DNA of 64,000 nucleotides from Nemertoderma westbladi. Lineage: Eukaryota; Animalia; Xenacoelomorpha. The stretch covers positions 62,001 through 126,000 of the forward strand of contig JAUCBJ010000699.1 of the NCBI GenBank assembly GCA_032718475.1, read 5' to 3'. Both the position numbers and the translations under genes were made by a program. Below, one piece after another: positions 34,501 through 44,999 of the stretch (position 1 is the first letter of the stretch; each line of letters opens with the position of its first letter). The notes under the pieces were generated by a model. It was not told the origin of the DNA and ran no database searches. It worked only from the letters and a program-made list of their open reading frames with translations.

Positions 34501-36932
34501 AAGCATTTTCCGTTGGTCTTTGCCGATGCGTCAACTACCATCCGCAGTTTACCTTTCTTTGGGTCTAAAGCCACGTGGAGTGGCAGGTAATATGTCCTGT
34601 CCGTGTTTGGTTCGTCGACCGGTAACTCCACGGCCCATCCTTTCTCGACGTACTTCTTAATCGTTCTGTGGATGTACTCATTCTTCTCGGGGCTCCGTTT
34701 TAGTGTTTGTTTCAGCTTGCGGAGTCTCGTGAGTACCATCCCTCTATTATCGGGCAGTGGTAACTTCGGTAGTTTCCATACCATTCCTACGGTGTACCGC
34801 CCCTCGTCGCACTTCATAGACTCCTCTACGCTCTGCTGAGCCTGTTTGTCTTCCACCGAGGTCCCGACCCCGGTCTCCTTTAATCCTTCAAAATCCTGTC
34901 TGAGCAGTCTTTTAAGTTGCTCCTCTGCTCTCTCATCACTCATTTCCTGCATAGTTCCCGCGAACATGCATCCTGATGTCTCCGACATCCTAAATGGTAT
35001 CTTGCTCTTGATTGGGCCACTTAGCGTCCACCCGAATGGTGTCAGTATTGCCACCGGGTCAGACTGCTTGTCTTCGCCGAAGACCGTTTGCATTCTTTCG
35101 TGGGCCGTTGGGCAGTCCATTCCTACTATGATGGATACCTTCCTAACGTCCACATCTGGGATTGAGAAGTCAATATCGTCCAGAAATTTATATTGTTCGA
35201 CCTCGATGTTGGTTGGCCGTCTGGCATTGATGTTTATTGACTCTATCACTTGGATGGGGTCGATGCTAGCCCCATAGTCGCATCCTGGTGCTATTGCTGC
35301 GATGGTGCACCGTCCGGTTCTCATCTCCAGGACCTCATCTTTGCTGGAGATGGTTGTTACCGCCATTCTGCTTGGCCTCGTTCTCAATCCTATTTCTTCG
35401 GCCACCCAATCCTCGACTAATGTGAAGGCAGCTCCACTATCAACCAGCATTAGTGTTGTTACTGATCGATTGCCTTCTCCAATCACTCGTACGGGTACTA
35501 CCCCAAGTAACACCGTTCCTCTCTTCTTCGCCCCTACTGTGCTCGTTGCCATCGTTTGGCCTTTCCTTTGACCGAACTTGACCGGCATCTCCTTGCATTC
35601 CCTAGCTCTATGTCCACTCATCACACATCGCGAGCAGATCTTGTTGCTCGCCGCATAATCTATCTGATCTTGCCTAGATAGCGCTTGCCAGTACCTGCAG
35701 TTCATGGTTTGATGAAGCGCATTTGTATGTAGCTGGCATTTGCTCTTTGGGTCGTAGCCCTCCTTATACAGTGCATCGCGTATCGCAGCTGCGTTTGTAC
35801 CAAAGTCCCTACTATTCTTATTGTTTGGATTCGGCCTACTGGACGTACTGGGGTTATATTTATTCGTGTTGTTATTGTTCCCCTGTCCGTTCCATGGTGT
35901 GGTCTTACTTTCGGCTACCTGTGGACTTGCAGTCCCCTGCGTCGCTGCATATGGCAGTGATTGCCTGAGCCTCGGTAATGCGTTTGATGTATTGTGCTCT
36001 GGTTTCGGTCTATGGTAATCCGTCTTCGGTCCCTTCCCCAGGCTATCTTCGCTATAGACTGGGTCGGTTATTAGTTCAGCTTCGTAGTTTAAGAAGCTTG
36101 ACATTTCTTCTAAACCCGGTTCCGCACCCTTCCTATCTCGAGTGGAGAAAGCGATTTTCCTCCACTTGTTGCGCAACCACATCGGTAGTGCCTGCGCTAT
36201 CGTGGTGATGTTGTTGGACGCATTGAGTTCGTATGGCGCGTCTAGTGTCTTTAACACGATCAGCGCCTTCTCAACCTTGTTCGCAAATGTCTTAATGCTA
36301 ACGGGATTATCCTGTAGGCCACCCGATGTTATGCCTCTCAGGGTCTGCCTGATGATCTTGGCTGGGTGTCCGTATTCCCTGTCCAGTGCCCGCCATGCTG
36401 TCGTGAAGCCGCCCTCTCTGCCCTGATATTGCCTCACGATGTCATATGCTGGGCCTCCTGTGTATACTTGCAAATACTTTAGGCACTCCGTCTGCGTTAA
36501 GTTCTTTGTTAGTATTTCATTGCTATACATACGCCGAAACTGGAGATATTCTTCCGGCCTACTCCCATCGAATTTGAATGGTTCCACGGGTGGTAATTCG
36601 ATCCTTGTTTTTAATGCATCGATCAATGTGGCCATCCCCATCGCCTGCGCTTCCAATGGATTCGATGGATGTTGTATAGTTCCTCCTGTTGGGTGCCGTC
36701 CGCTCGTTCTATTTTCTGCCTTTCTATGGCTTGGGTATATCATTGGGGGTAGCGGCCCCCTCCATATTTCTGTGTCACACGACCTATTTTCATCCAATGG
36801 TCTCGTTGTCCTTGCTCCTATCGGGGTATATTGTTGATATTGCGATGGGGGAATGTCACCCTGTCCCCCCCCCCCCCCCCCACCGGTATTTATGGTATTG
36901 GGGTTGATGTTAATATATTGGGGCCCATGCAT
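31539..36932 (-). CDS. pol: Bel/Pao gag-pol polyprotein (capsid-like domain, zinc knuckles, aspartic protease, RT, RNase H, integrase), 1797 aa
   Basis: FKFDGS..EYLQF (Bel/Pao gag), CSRCVMSGHRAREC, LVDSGA, FYVDD, LHMFSDAS..AYG, HHCC, GVDMFGP / SDSGTNF / VERLV, YWRRWVEEYL. Confidence 0.96.
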   Translation of the reverse strand: MHGPQYININPNTINTGGGGGGGQGDIPPSQYQQYTPIGARTTRPLDENRSCDTEIWRGPLPPMIYPSHRKAENRTSGRHPTGGTIQHPSNPLEAQAMGMATLIDALKTRIELPPVEPFKFDGSRPEEYLQFRRMYSNEILTKNLTQTECLKYLQVYTGGPAYDIVRQYQGREGGFTTAWRALDREYGHPAKIIRQTLRGITSGGLQDNPVSIKTFANKVEKALIVLKTLDAPYELNASNNITTIAQALPMWLRNKWRKIAFSTRDRKGAEPGLEEMSSFLNYEAELITDPVYSEDSLGKGPKTDYHRPKPEHNTSNALPRLRQSLPYAATQGTASPQVAESKTTPWNGQGNNNNTNKYNPSTSSRPNPNNKNSRDFGTNAAAIRDALYKEGYDPKSKCQLHTNALHQTMNCRYWQALSRQDQIDYAASNKICSRCVMSGHRARECKEMPVKFGQRKGQTMATSTVGAKKRGTVLLGVVPVRVIGEGNRSVTTLMLVDSGAAFTLVEDWVAEEIGLRTRPSRMAVTTISSKDEVLEMRTGRCTIAAIAPGCDYGASIDPIQVIESININARRPTNIEVEQYKFLDDIDFSIPDVDVRKVSIIVGMDCPTAHERMQTVFGEDKQSDPVAILTPFGWTLSGPIKSKIPFRMSETSGCMFAGTMQEMSDERAEEQLKRLLRQDFEGLKETGVGTSVEDKQAQQSVEESMKCDEGRYTVGMVWKLPKLPLPDNRGMVLTRLRKLKQTLKRSPEKNEYIHRTIKKYVEKGWAVELPVDEPNTDRTYYLPLHVALDPKKGKLRMVVDASAKTNGKCLNDYLLEGPNIYNSGIEVLLRFRNGKHAFTCDIEGMFNQVRVTEEDSDSQRFLWYNGEEEPSIIPAYKMVVQNMGAKSSSFTTTMAVRDTVKGKEDRYSTRAVDMIRRGFYVDDGMESGNTVKEILDTGREVRDILKGSGFNLTKFQSSSEEFIKAIEDKRPESTMDNPTTAKGQDMANKRTESQQKALGIVWNRETDELKYQLSQEGADIHTKRGYVSYIARIYDPLGLASPLLVTGKQILKRVYKLKDEWDVEVPEEIKKQWSKWTGDLEKMGTYNMPRVYFPDGNMTNLDLHMFSDASLEAYGAALYLVQREGAHKPRLAFSKAKSTPPDSASVPKLELTAARLGVRATAYLVDTIPNIVETHYWTDSMVVLGWLHNERTRYPIFVANRVDEIRATTELERWHYCPTDENPADLLSRGVARHTFLKKEGLWQHGPQFLSDKEAWPPMRKVDPDSGEVVSEGEEGDSEGEEIYSQMVREIRDVQPKPEELCDNPTDKLLSYSSSWYKTKKLVAYWRAFGNFLAGVGKDKKIRTTIDLEGAAKAVIRYEQRKNYGDEVERVGNQQHLRRDSELITLSPQLNDDGILVMNSRVGYNNSIVVPPKPIIIPTGSPIVHQIIWDSHKSILHGGTNRTLTEIRRTFWVKQLRKKVKAVVGQCQTCRRAKKERAIQEMAPLPASRVRQHDPPFTHCGVDMFGPIKIKVMRHTEKRYGIIFVCNNTRAVGIELAQDATASAFINALERFRDRKGGTIAVMYSDSGTNFVGAENEMAEALDILEGEEVRAAMRRRQVKWERRTPYAPHTLGCVERLVGSSKRLMTKLMNTHMVTEDVLRTVLAKCEGIINSRPLYPENDDPESLDVLTPSHFLMERPATIDMRGVDPDDIHSRQSWKVAKAISAEYWRRWVEEYLPTLHRRSKWRKSNRELREGDLVIVTDDTIINNQWRLARVVGTYSDVRSVEVRIGGKIGAKDRKTYRRAVGKCCLLEGAP

Positions 36933-39916
36933 CTATCCGCAATAATTCCCCCCTCCCCTGGGTATATGTTATATCCTTTCGTGCTGTAGTCATACTGCTG
37001 CACTGGTACCGGTATAGGCCTATCAGCTTCTGGCCTACCTGCCGGTATGTACTCCGCGACTTCCGGGTTTAATTCCGTCGTCCGCGCTATCCTATCGCCT
37101 ACATTATTCCTGTCAGCATGGCCTATGGTATATGCAGTAAGGCCTACAGTATGTCCTACAGTCTGTATGTATTGCTCGGGATCGAAGTTTATTCTTCTCG
37201 AATAATCCTCCCCGCGGTTACCGTACTCTCGATCCGTTGGTATATCCCATCGGAAAGTTTCTCTTCGACCCTCTCTACTACTCTCGTCTACGTGCCGGTA
37301 CATCGCTATCCGTCCTCGCTCTCCTGTCGTTCGCGGCGATACTTCTTCTGCTGTCTTCTCTTCTCCTCCTCTCAGTGCAATATTCCCGCTCATGAGATCT
37401 CTCGTCGACCTCCCGGTTAAACTCCACTGTTCTTCTTCCCTCTTCTGATCGGGCTCGACGCTTCGTCCGCCCTCTCGCGACATCGACCTGCTTCTCTCTG
37501 CTCGATCGCACGCCGCTGGGGATACTCGCAATCCCCCTATTACTCTCCGTCGCCGGGTGTTGCGGTTTACCTGATTCGGCCCGCGCATTATCCACTGACG
37601 GCTGTGGGACACTCTCTGCCCCCCCCCCCCCCCTTCGCCACTAATTTCTCGTTGTGGGGCTCCTGTAGCCCCCCCCCCCCACTCGCCACATATTATACCG
37701 CTACCTCTAACTTCTCTTCTACACCCCTCTCCAGTCGACACTATATTTCTACTGCGGCTGGGTTCACTTACCCCTGCCTCTCTCTCCACTACTACTTGGC
37801 CTATCGGGCCTACTCCGGGTTGGCTCAACCCCGCCACCTCCTGCCTACTAACTACGTGGCCTACCATGCCACCGTCGGGTCGACTCAACCCCGCCACCTC
37901 CTGCCTGCTAACTACGTGGCCTACCAGGCCACCGTCTGTCGGCTCATGCACGTCCGACGCGTTCGCGTTAATAGCACCTATATTAGAAACGGAATTATTT
38001 TGTTCGTTCGAAATAGAATCATTTGGATTATTTTGCGCGACTACGTTATTTGAATTATTTTGTAAATTCGGGCTTGGATTATTATTTAAATTATTTGAGT
38101 TATTATTATTTTCTAAATTTAAATTATCATTCGGATTATTTTGCACGTTTAAATCAAAATTATTATTTAGGCTATCTGTATTTAAATTCAAATTACTACT
38201 ACCAGGCAAAGTATTTCCTGCAATATAAGTTTGGTTAGGATTATCCGATACGGTACCATTAATATTAACGTCGTCTACAGTAGCATTATTATTACCCCCC
38301 CCCCCCCCCCCCCCGCCCGTACGGTCACACCAGTTTCGTGTCTGTCGTGCGGTCCCTGTAAGTGGGGTATTAATAAATGTATCCACGGCCCCTGGCTCCT
38401 CGAGAATATTCGAGCCAGCCCCGCTCTCAGATGCCCCTATCCGCGCCAGTTCTAGTTCGCGTATGCGTCTAGCCTTGTACTCTATAAGCTCCTTTTGCTC
38501 TCTTTCCATTTTTTCTCGCAAACGCTTCTCTCTTGCCATTCTCTCCTGGTCCTCCCGTGCGTTCTGGTTGGCCAGTTCCGCCTCTCTCTTAGCTCGCTCC
38601 CTTCACCTCGCCTCACGCTCTCTACGCTCACTTTCCTCTCTCGCCTCACGTTCCTTGCGTTCCTTTTCCTCTCTCGCCTCACGTTCCTTGCGTTCCTTTT
38701 CCTCTCTCGCCTCACGTTCCTTGCGTTCTGCCTCACGCTCTTTGCGTTCTGCCTCACGCTCTTTGCGTTTACTTTTCTCTCTCGCCACACGCTCCTCTTG
38801 TTCCCTCCTTTCTATTTCCTCACACTCCTTAAGGCTTTCCACGGCCTTCTCGGCCCTCTCCCTGGTTTCTCTAATCAGTACTGCTTCCCTCTCTAGTTGT
38901 ATTCTCCCCTCCTCTAACCGCCTATTTAACTCTCTCTGACCTTGTTCTATCAGGTTGAGATGGTACGTGGCATTTATCTCTCTCACCCGTCTTTCTTTCA
39001 CGGAGGATGTAGCAGACTTATCGGTTACGACGGATTCCCTCCGCCTTCCCGACCTACTAACTCTCCCCCCCTTTCCAGAACTTCCCCCGACCGACGAGAT
39101 CGAATCCTCAGGCTCAACCTCGGATTCGCCCTCCTCAGGTCTCCTCCAACCCACAAATTTTACACCCTGGGCATCGACTAAGTATGGCCCTACGTACACT
39201 GCACTAGGTTGCATACCCCTACACCGCCATAAATCACACAGTTCCTCTGCAACCCCTCTCGCTCTCTCCTTGGCCAGTTCTCTCTGCCCGAAACGCATTA
39301 GATAGCTAAAATGTCTATTCGACTCATCTAGTCCTCTCGTTAACTTCACCTCATCTATCTCCGTCCCCTTCTTGGCCTCCTTTAGTAGCTTCCGGGTCGC
39401 GTTGTAGGCCCGTCGAAGTTGATCAGAAACCCCGACGTCCTCGTTGCCGACCTCTCCTCCGTCTCTCCGGGTCCGACGTCGTACCGGCGGCCCCACCGTC
39501 GCCGTTCCGGTGGGCCGTCCGTCGCCCTCGGCCTGTAGCTGGCCAGCGACATCGGTACCGACATCTCCCCCGTCTCTCCGGGTCCGGCGTTGTACCGTCG
39601 GTCCCACCGTCGCCGTTTCGGTGGGCCGTTCGTCGCCCTCGGCCTGTGGCTGGCCGGCGACGTCGGCACGTCGACCCTCGTTCTGTGTCGACTCGTCTCC
39701 TTCTCCTTCCAACTCACCCTCTCGGTCTCTCAACTCGACTCCCCCTCCTCTCGACTCGACCTCTGGCTCCAGACGGCCCCCCTCGTCCTGAACTGCCGGA
39801 TCACCCGTTACCGATGGGTCTGGCGACGTGGGCCTATACCGCCTGGTCGCGGCCTCACGGATCGTTAGTTCTTCGTCCGGGGTCCGCGTCGGTGTCATCT
39901 CTCCTGACTGACTCAT
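36890..39916 (-). CDS. Long low-complexity/coiled-coil gag-upstream ORF (~1000 codons), interrupted by one in-frame TGA at 38603-38605
   Basis: Track ORFs 38603-39916 and 36890-38539 are in the same frame and separated only by one TGA (AGG TGA AGG GAG CGA). Contains E/R-rich coiled-coil repeats, an Asn-rich tract and Gly runs. Confidence 0.65.
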
Positions 39917-39984
39917 CTCTCTTCAATAGATTGGTGGCTGGTAGTTACTGAGTTCAACTAGGGCGGCAGCTCTGATTCAATTAC

Positions 39985-40528
39985 TGTGACGGGATCCAGG
40001 AAGGATCCCGATTTATCCGGTTTGTCAATTCACGCATCCCCGCCGTGTGTGAAAGATAAAAGAGTTTACGTTGTTCGTTGTATATAATATTCGGGATATG
40101 TATAGTATAGATATAGATAATGGATAAGATAAATATTGTTGTACGCGGAAGGCGGGAAACGGTAATTGAAATCCCGGTACTTCCCTAGCTAAACTATTGC
40201 TACTGTAACACCAATAACACTGAGATAACTGAATGAGATGATTACTGCCAACTGGTTATATTGCACGGGTTGGCCTTGTTACTGTACCTAACCGATGCCT
40301 TTTCCCCCTCTGATTGGCTAATGTCCCTATTGGCGCCCTTTGGAGTGTTTCCGTTCACTCCAGCTATTCTCTCTCGGTTAGGGGTTTGGCCCCTGACCCT
40401 CATTGTGTGTTTCTCCTTCCCACTTTGTTGGGGTGACACGAGTTGTTAGTTACCCAATCTCGTGGCCCCCAATATTGCTTAACGGTTGACTTTATGGGTT
40501 TGTGTTAGCGGAATTGAATAAGCTAACA
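39985..40528 (-). repeat. 5' LTR (544 bp)
   Basis: Direct repeat of 26533-27077. By eye it differs by ~5 substitutions and one homopolymer indel. Confidence 0.97.
40225..40335 (-). promoter_or_regulatory. Predicted LTR Pol II promoter: CCAAT boxes, TATAA (40260-40256) and overlapping Inr-like TCATTC/TCAGTT (TSS ~40234-40230)
   Basis: Minus strand reads GCCAAT...AGCCAATCAG...AATATAACC...TCTCATTCAGTTAT, with TATA-to-Inr spacing of 26-30 nt. Confidence 0.55.
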
Positions 40529-40926
40529 TAATTAATAACATTCATTGGAAATACATGCATGCATGCAGTTAGATTTGAATTTCCCGCCCACACAAAGTGT
40601 TTATCCATGAATGAATGATGAAAATCATTAAAATTGAAGCTTCAGTAGCCCTTGGCTAATATACCGGTATAAGAGATCGTCTACTGTAGGCGCATATATA
40701 TATATAATTGGGGCTGCGGGTGCTGCTTTCGGTTGAAATTAACTTATGAACTTAATTTCGGGAATATTTTATTTCCTTTTCAAAACCAAAATATTAACCT
40801 AAATTTATCACAGTTGACTGTTAACATTTTACTCCTAGCTACAGTATGGGTCGTTTCTAATTCTCCAATATAAGAATCGATACTCGGCATTATAGCTATA
40901 CCAAATTGGAGTAATTTATTATTGGT

Positions 40927-41222
40927 GTTATGCGTGAATGAGGTGTTTCATATATTATTATAACTTTTTGTTGGGCACAGCTTTTACAAAGTCGGCATTG
41001 ACGTCCAGCTGGGATCGAACTGGTGACCTCCGGGTTAGGCTATGGGGAGGTAAATTGCGGACATACAAGGTATCAGGTAGTATTTCCAGGTTTATCTGTT
41101 ACCTGAGCCGCTAGCTGAATGGTTAGAGCGTCAGACTTCCAACCCGGAGGTCACCAGTTCGATCCCACCTGGACGTCAATGCCGACTTTGTAAATGCTTT
41201 CCCCAACAAAAAGTTATAATAA
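40927..41222. mobile_element. Second, internally deleted copy of the tRNA-derived palindromic element
   Basis: Left arm 40950-41036 is the reverse complement of ~41138-41222. tRNA-like head at 41105-41175 with A box TAGCTGAATGG and B box GTTCGATCC. Confidence 0.75.
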
Positions 41223-41951
41223 AATTGGAGTACACCAATTGGAAATCTGCATCCTCCGCTTTCCTCTGCATATCCTCTAAATTCAATTTAATTAGGATTA
41301 ATCATTGAGGTAACCACAATTATGAATAAGAATGTTACATTACAAGTGTTATGGGGACTCCCCATAATTATTGCAAGTATGCTGACCATAATCGACGCAA
41401 TCAAAATAAAGCAATAAAATCGACTCAAATAGCAGCTGATTACTCCCAAAAATAACACTATCCTGTTCTATTGACTTTCGTTTATTTTTTTTTGGTTATT
41501 AAATATAAATTGGTTGGAATATTTTTAGGCAAAATACTTTCTGGGTCAGAGTGCTGATAATGTAGATAGTTTTGATAAAGTATATAGTGCACTATCGGTT
41601 ATATAGGATGTTTTTTTACTGGAAATGATGCACACACAAGTCATTCGCCCGTTTCGTATTAGTGCTGGAATGGTGAAAGCGCATTTAAGGCATAATGGAT
41701 TATTAAAACTTGTTATATATTTACACATACTGGCACATTCTGAAAAATAAAATTGATACATGCAAAGAAAAAAAGATTTTTTGTTTGATAAGGATAGTCT
41801 TATAGTTTCACATTTATATTATAAATTTACTATGCATTTACATTTGTTTACAAGAAAGTCTATTATTATTGCCTTAATTAATGAATAATTCGCATAATAT
41901 TAATTAATTAATCTCATAAATATAGCGTAGAATATCTATTTTATCAGTTTA

Positions 41952-43163
41952 TTATAACTTTGCTTTAGTTTCTGGCTTCGCTAATAGCGGTGAAAATTTA
42001 AAATTTGGATCAGTAACAGCTGGCCTCTGGTACCGAAACCCAGTAATATCCCATCGAGTCATCCCATCTAGCGACAAATCCGCGCAAATTTTACCCAAAA
42101 CAGAGGCAAACTTGTAGGCATGACCAGCGCCGCAGCATACAATAACCTCTGGATGACCAATAGAGGCGAGGCTATCCACCACAAATTCGCGATCTCTTGT
42201 TACTGTGTAGAGACACGTCTTGGAATATAGAATATCTCCAAGAGACCCTGGTATTACCTCTGAAAGGAACTTAACGCACGCATCCAACCTCACCTGGTCC
42301 ACATCAAATGTTCTCGTATCAGCAGTGGTTGGAGCTCGACAATAATCGATACCAACTTTAGTACCACTGTTCCCATGAATAGGAAGGCCGTAGATATCAT
42401 ACTTATCAGCATGATAGATGTAGCAAGGAAACCGTTCCTTCGTGAAGTCTTTGATATTCGGAGTTGCAAAGTAATGAACTTGTTCTTGAGATACGACAAC
42501 GGGAATGTTTGCTCCAAATTGATTTATTACCTGATTCACCCATGCCCCGGAAGTTACAATTACCTTCCTTGCAAAAAAATCACCCTTTGTTGTTGTAACA
42601 CATGTATAATGGCCAAATGATTTGCAGTGGATAATCTTTGCTTCTTGCACTATATGAGCGCCATGTTTCCGCGACAACTGAATATGAACAGCATTGGCCA
42701 ATGCTGCATCAACTAGCCCACCTTCAGGGTCAAAATGAGCCAAGTGTTCTCCAACTAACTTAAATTGAGGAAACTTCTCCATCATATCTTGAGTATCCAG
42801 TTGATAACAAGTATTTCCTGTTTCTCGCATAGCCATCATGTAATCAGCTGCCACATGTTCTCTACCACTACCTTTCCTTGCTATGTCTACTGCCCCTGTT
42901 TTATATACCAACTGTAAGCCACTTTCTGCTTCAACATGCTCCCAACATTGGTAGGCCCCCGCAGCTAGACGGCAGTATTTACCATCATGGTATAGGTAAC
43001 GAATGATTCTGGATTCATCCTGCGATCCTCCATTATGATGACCAAGTTTGAATTGTTCCAGGCCGATGACATTTTTACCAAGTCGCTGTGATAACCAGTA
43101 GAGGGTGGAACTGCCAATACCTCCAAGGCCAATAACCAAACATTTGTAAATGGTTTCAGACAT
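41952..43163 (-). CDS. Monomeric sarcosine oxidase / N-methyltryptophan oxidase / PIPOX-family flavoprotein with PTS1 (AKL), 403 aa, uninterrupted CDS
   Basis: FAD-binding VIGLGGIGS, GGSQDESRIIR, covalent-flavin Cys motif KTCLYT, GHAYKFASVLG, C-terminal KAKL. Confidence 0.9.
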   Translation of the reverse strand: MSETIYKCLVIGLGGIGSSTLYWLSQRLGKNVIGLEQFKLGHHNGGSQDESRIIRYLYHDGKYCRLAAGAYQCWEHVEAESGLQLVYKTGAVDIARKGSGREHVAADYMMAMRETGNTCYQLDTQDMMEKFPQFKLVGEHLAHFDPEGGLVDAALANAVHIQLSRKHGAHIVQEAKIIHCKSFGHYTCVTTTKGDFFARKVIVTSGAWVNQVINQFGANIPVVVSQEQVHYFATPNIKDFTKERFPCYIYHADKYDIYGLPIHGNSGTKVGIDYCRAPTTADTRTFDVDQVRLDACVKFLSEVIPGSLGDILYSKTCLYTVTRDREFVVDSLASIGHPEVIVCCGAGHAYKFASVLGKICADLSLDGMTRWDITGFRYQRPAVTDPNFKFSPLLAKPETKAKL

Positions 43164-43514
43164 ATCTTATATATGTTGTTACTGAATATAAGAAGAAATA
43201 TTTAACCTTATTGTATAGTAGATATATGTCTATAAATTATTGATATGGTCCACCTAAATGGTTTAAATATGTGAAGATCTATTTTATGTTAAATACGCAA
43301 ATACTTATAGAATAGTATTTGATAGTATTTGATAAATTAATGATACCATTACATACTGTAGATGGATAGAGTAAGATCAGCAATTCCACAGTATCCTGTG
43401 AGTTTTGTTCATTGTATTTGAAAGCAAAGCCCACACTATAACTGTATAGTTTTGTATTATTTTCATTTGTAATATTTAATAAACTGAAATTGTAGTTTCC
43501 ATAACAGTAGGATC

Positions 43515-44405
43515 TAAAGAGAGACCATGGAGCCTAATCTGGTGCTTAGAAGTATAATCGAAGAGTGATCAACAACAGAAAGACAGATATCTGCCTATTA
43601 TCCTTGTTGTCTTCTTTAAGGCCTTCGACTCAGTCTCTTGACCATGTATGTTCTGCATACTTGCAGTATATGGAATTCCTGAGGAAATATTTGCAGCTAT
43701 CATATCACTGTATGATGGTTCCACCACTTCTGATGGTGATTCAGATCTATTCAAAGTCTTATGGGGAGTCTTCAGGGTGATACACTTGCACAATTCTTAT
43801 TCAAATTATGGTTGATTATGTTCTGCACATGTCCTTAGACCATCTAAATAAATATTGGGTGATGGTAACACTACCCACTGGCACAAGAACTAGGGGAAAG
43901 CCAGCAAAGTACCTTACTGATCTAGACATTGCTGATGACTTAGGGTTACTGTCAGAGTCACTAGATAGAGCCCAAAGTCTCCTCTACTCATTGGAGCATG
44001 TTGCTTCTTGTATTTATCTTTTTGTAAACTCCCAAAGGACCAATATTTTGACAGTGAACCTTGACAGCCCTCAATACCTGATTGTAAGGGCATAAGATCC
44101 AGGGGTGGCTTGCTTGAGCATGTGGATGACTTCTGCCCCTTGAGGTCATGGATCTGGAAGTCAGGTGGAAACCTTCGGATATGTACGGGGAATGCATGGG
44201 CAGCATTTAATAGTCTGTCCAGGATTTGGAGGTCCCATAGAATAAAACGGAACCTCAAGCTTCGGTTATTTAGGGTAGCAGTAGTCGCAGTCTTATATGG
44301 AAGTCCATGCTAGACTTTAACTGCAGACAACACCAGATCTCTGGATGGCACTTTTATAAGAAGCTGGGTTCATTGTGTCAAGTACAATGAACACATCTCC
44401 AACAT
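43515..44405 (+). pseudogene. Older degenerate copy of the RTE-like LINE family
   Basis: Colinear with ~7315-8230 (YLTDLDIADDLG, LEHVDDFC), with many stops and frameshifts. Confidence 0.85.
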
Positions 44406-44999
44406 TGGGAATGAGTTCCACTTGGTAACATAATTGCCTGTTGTTATGGAGGATATTTATTTGTACTGAATACAGTACAGTAGGTTTAACTCATTTACAC
44501 AAACTAGGCTGGGTAGTGCAACATGTGGAGTCTAATTGATATAATGATCATTATTGGTTCTGTTTAAAAAAGTGTTTCAAAAAAATTGATTTTTATAAAC
44601 TTTCCAAAACCCCATAATGTTATATACCTATGCAGGTCTAGTTTTACGGAACTGACGCTAAAAAATACCAAATTAGCAACCAAAGTATACAAATTTGTGT
44701 AATACTTTGGATAATTTTTTTCTGGTATACATTTTATAGAATACTTTGGATGACATTTATCTCAAAGTATACCAAAAATGAAAAAATTAAATCAGTGGTA
44801 ATTCTCCTCAATGGATATCTATTTTTTATCAATATATAGGCCTGTATACCACACTCAGAAACAATAACTCATTTATTTATACTGGTACCCAGTATACAAA
44901 ATACACGGCAATGGTAGTTATTAGTCTTAGGTCCTACCCCTGTAATTCATGGATGAATTATCTATGCAAATATTAGTCTATGCTAGTTTCTAGAATTCG

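Larger units (their letters stand above)
26533..40528 (-). mobile_element. Full-length ~14-kb Bel/Pao LTR retrotransposon with an extra 3' ORF
   Basis: Two LTRs about 99% identical with TG...CA ends, 5-bp TSD TAATT (26528-26532, 40529-40533), a PPT, and gag-PR-RT-RH-IN order with Bel/Pao motifs. Confidence 0.97.

Noticed and set aside
27715-39951. Numerous plus-strand and alternate-frame ORFs within the retrotransposon
   Set aside because: Shadow ORFs of long GC-richer coding frames, with no recognisable motifs.
41105-41175. Functional tRNA-Gly(TCC) gene
   Set aside because: Anticodon, T and acceptor stems do not pair properly, and the sequence is part of a repeated element, so it is treated as tRNA-derived.
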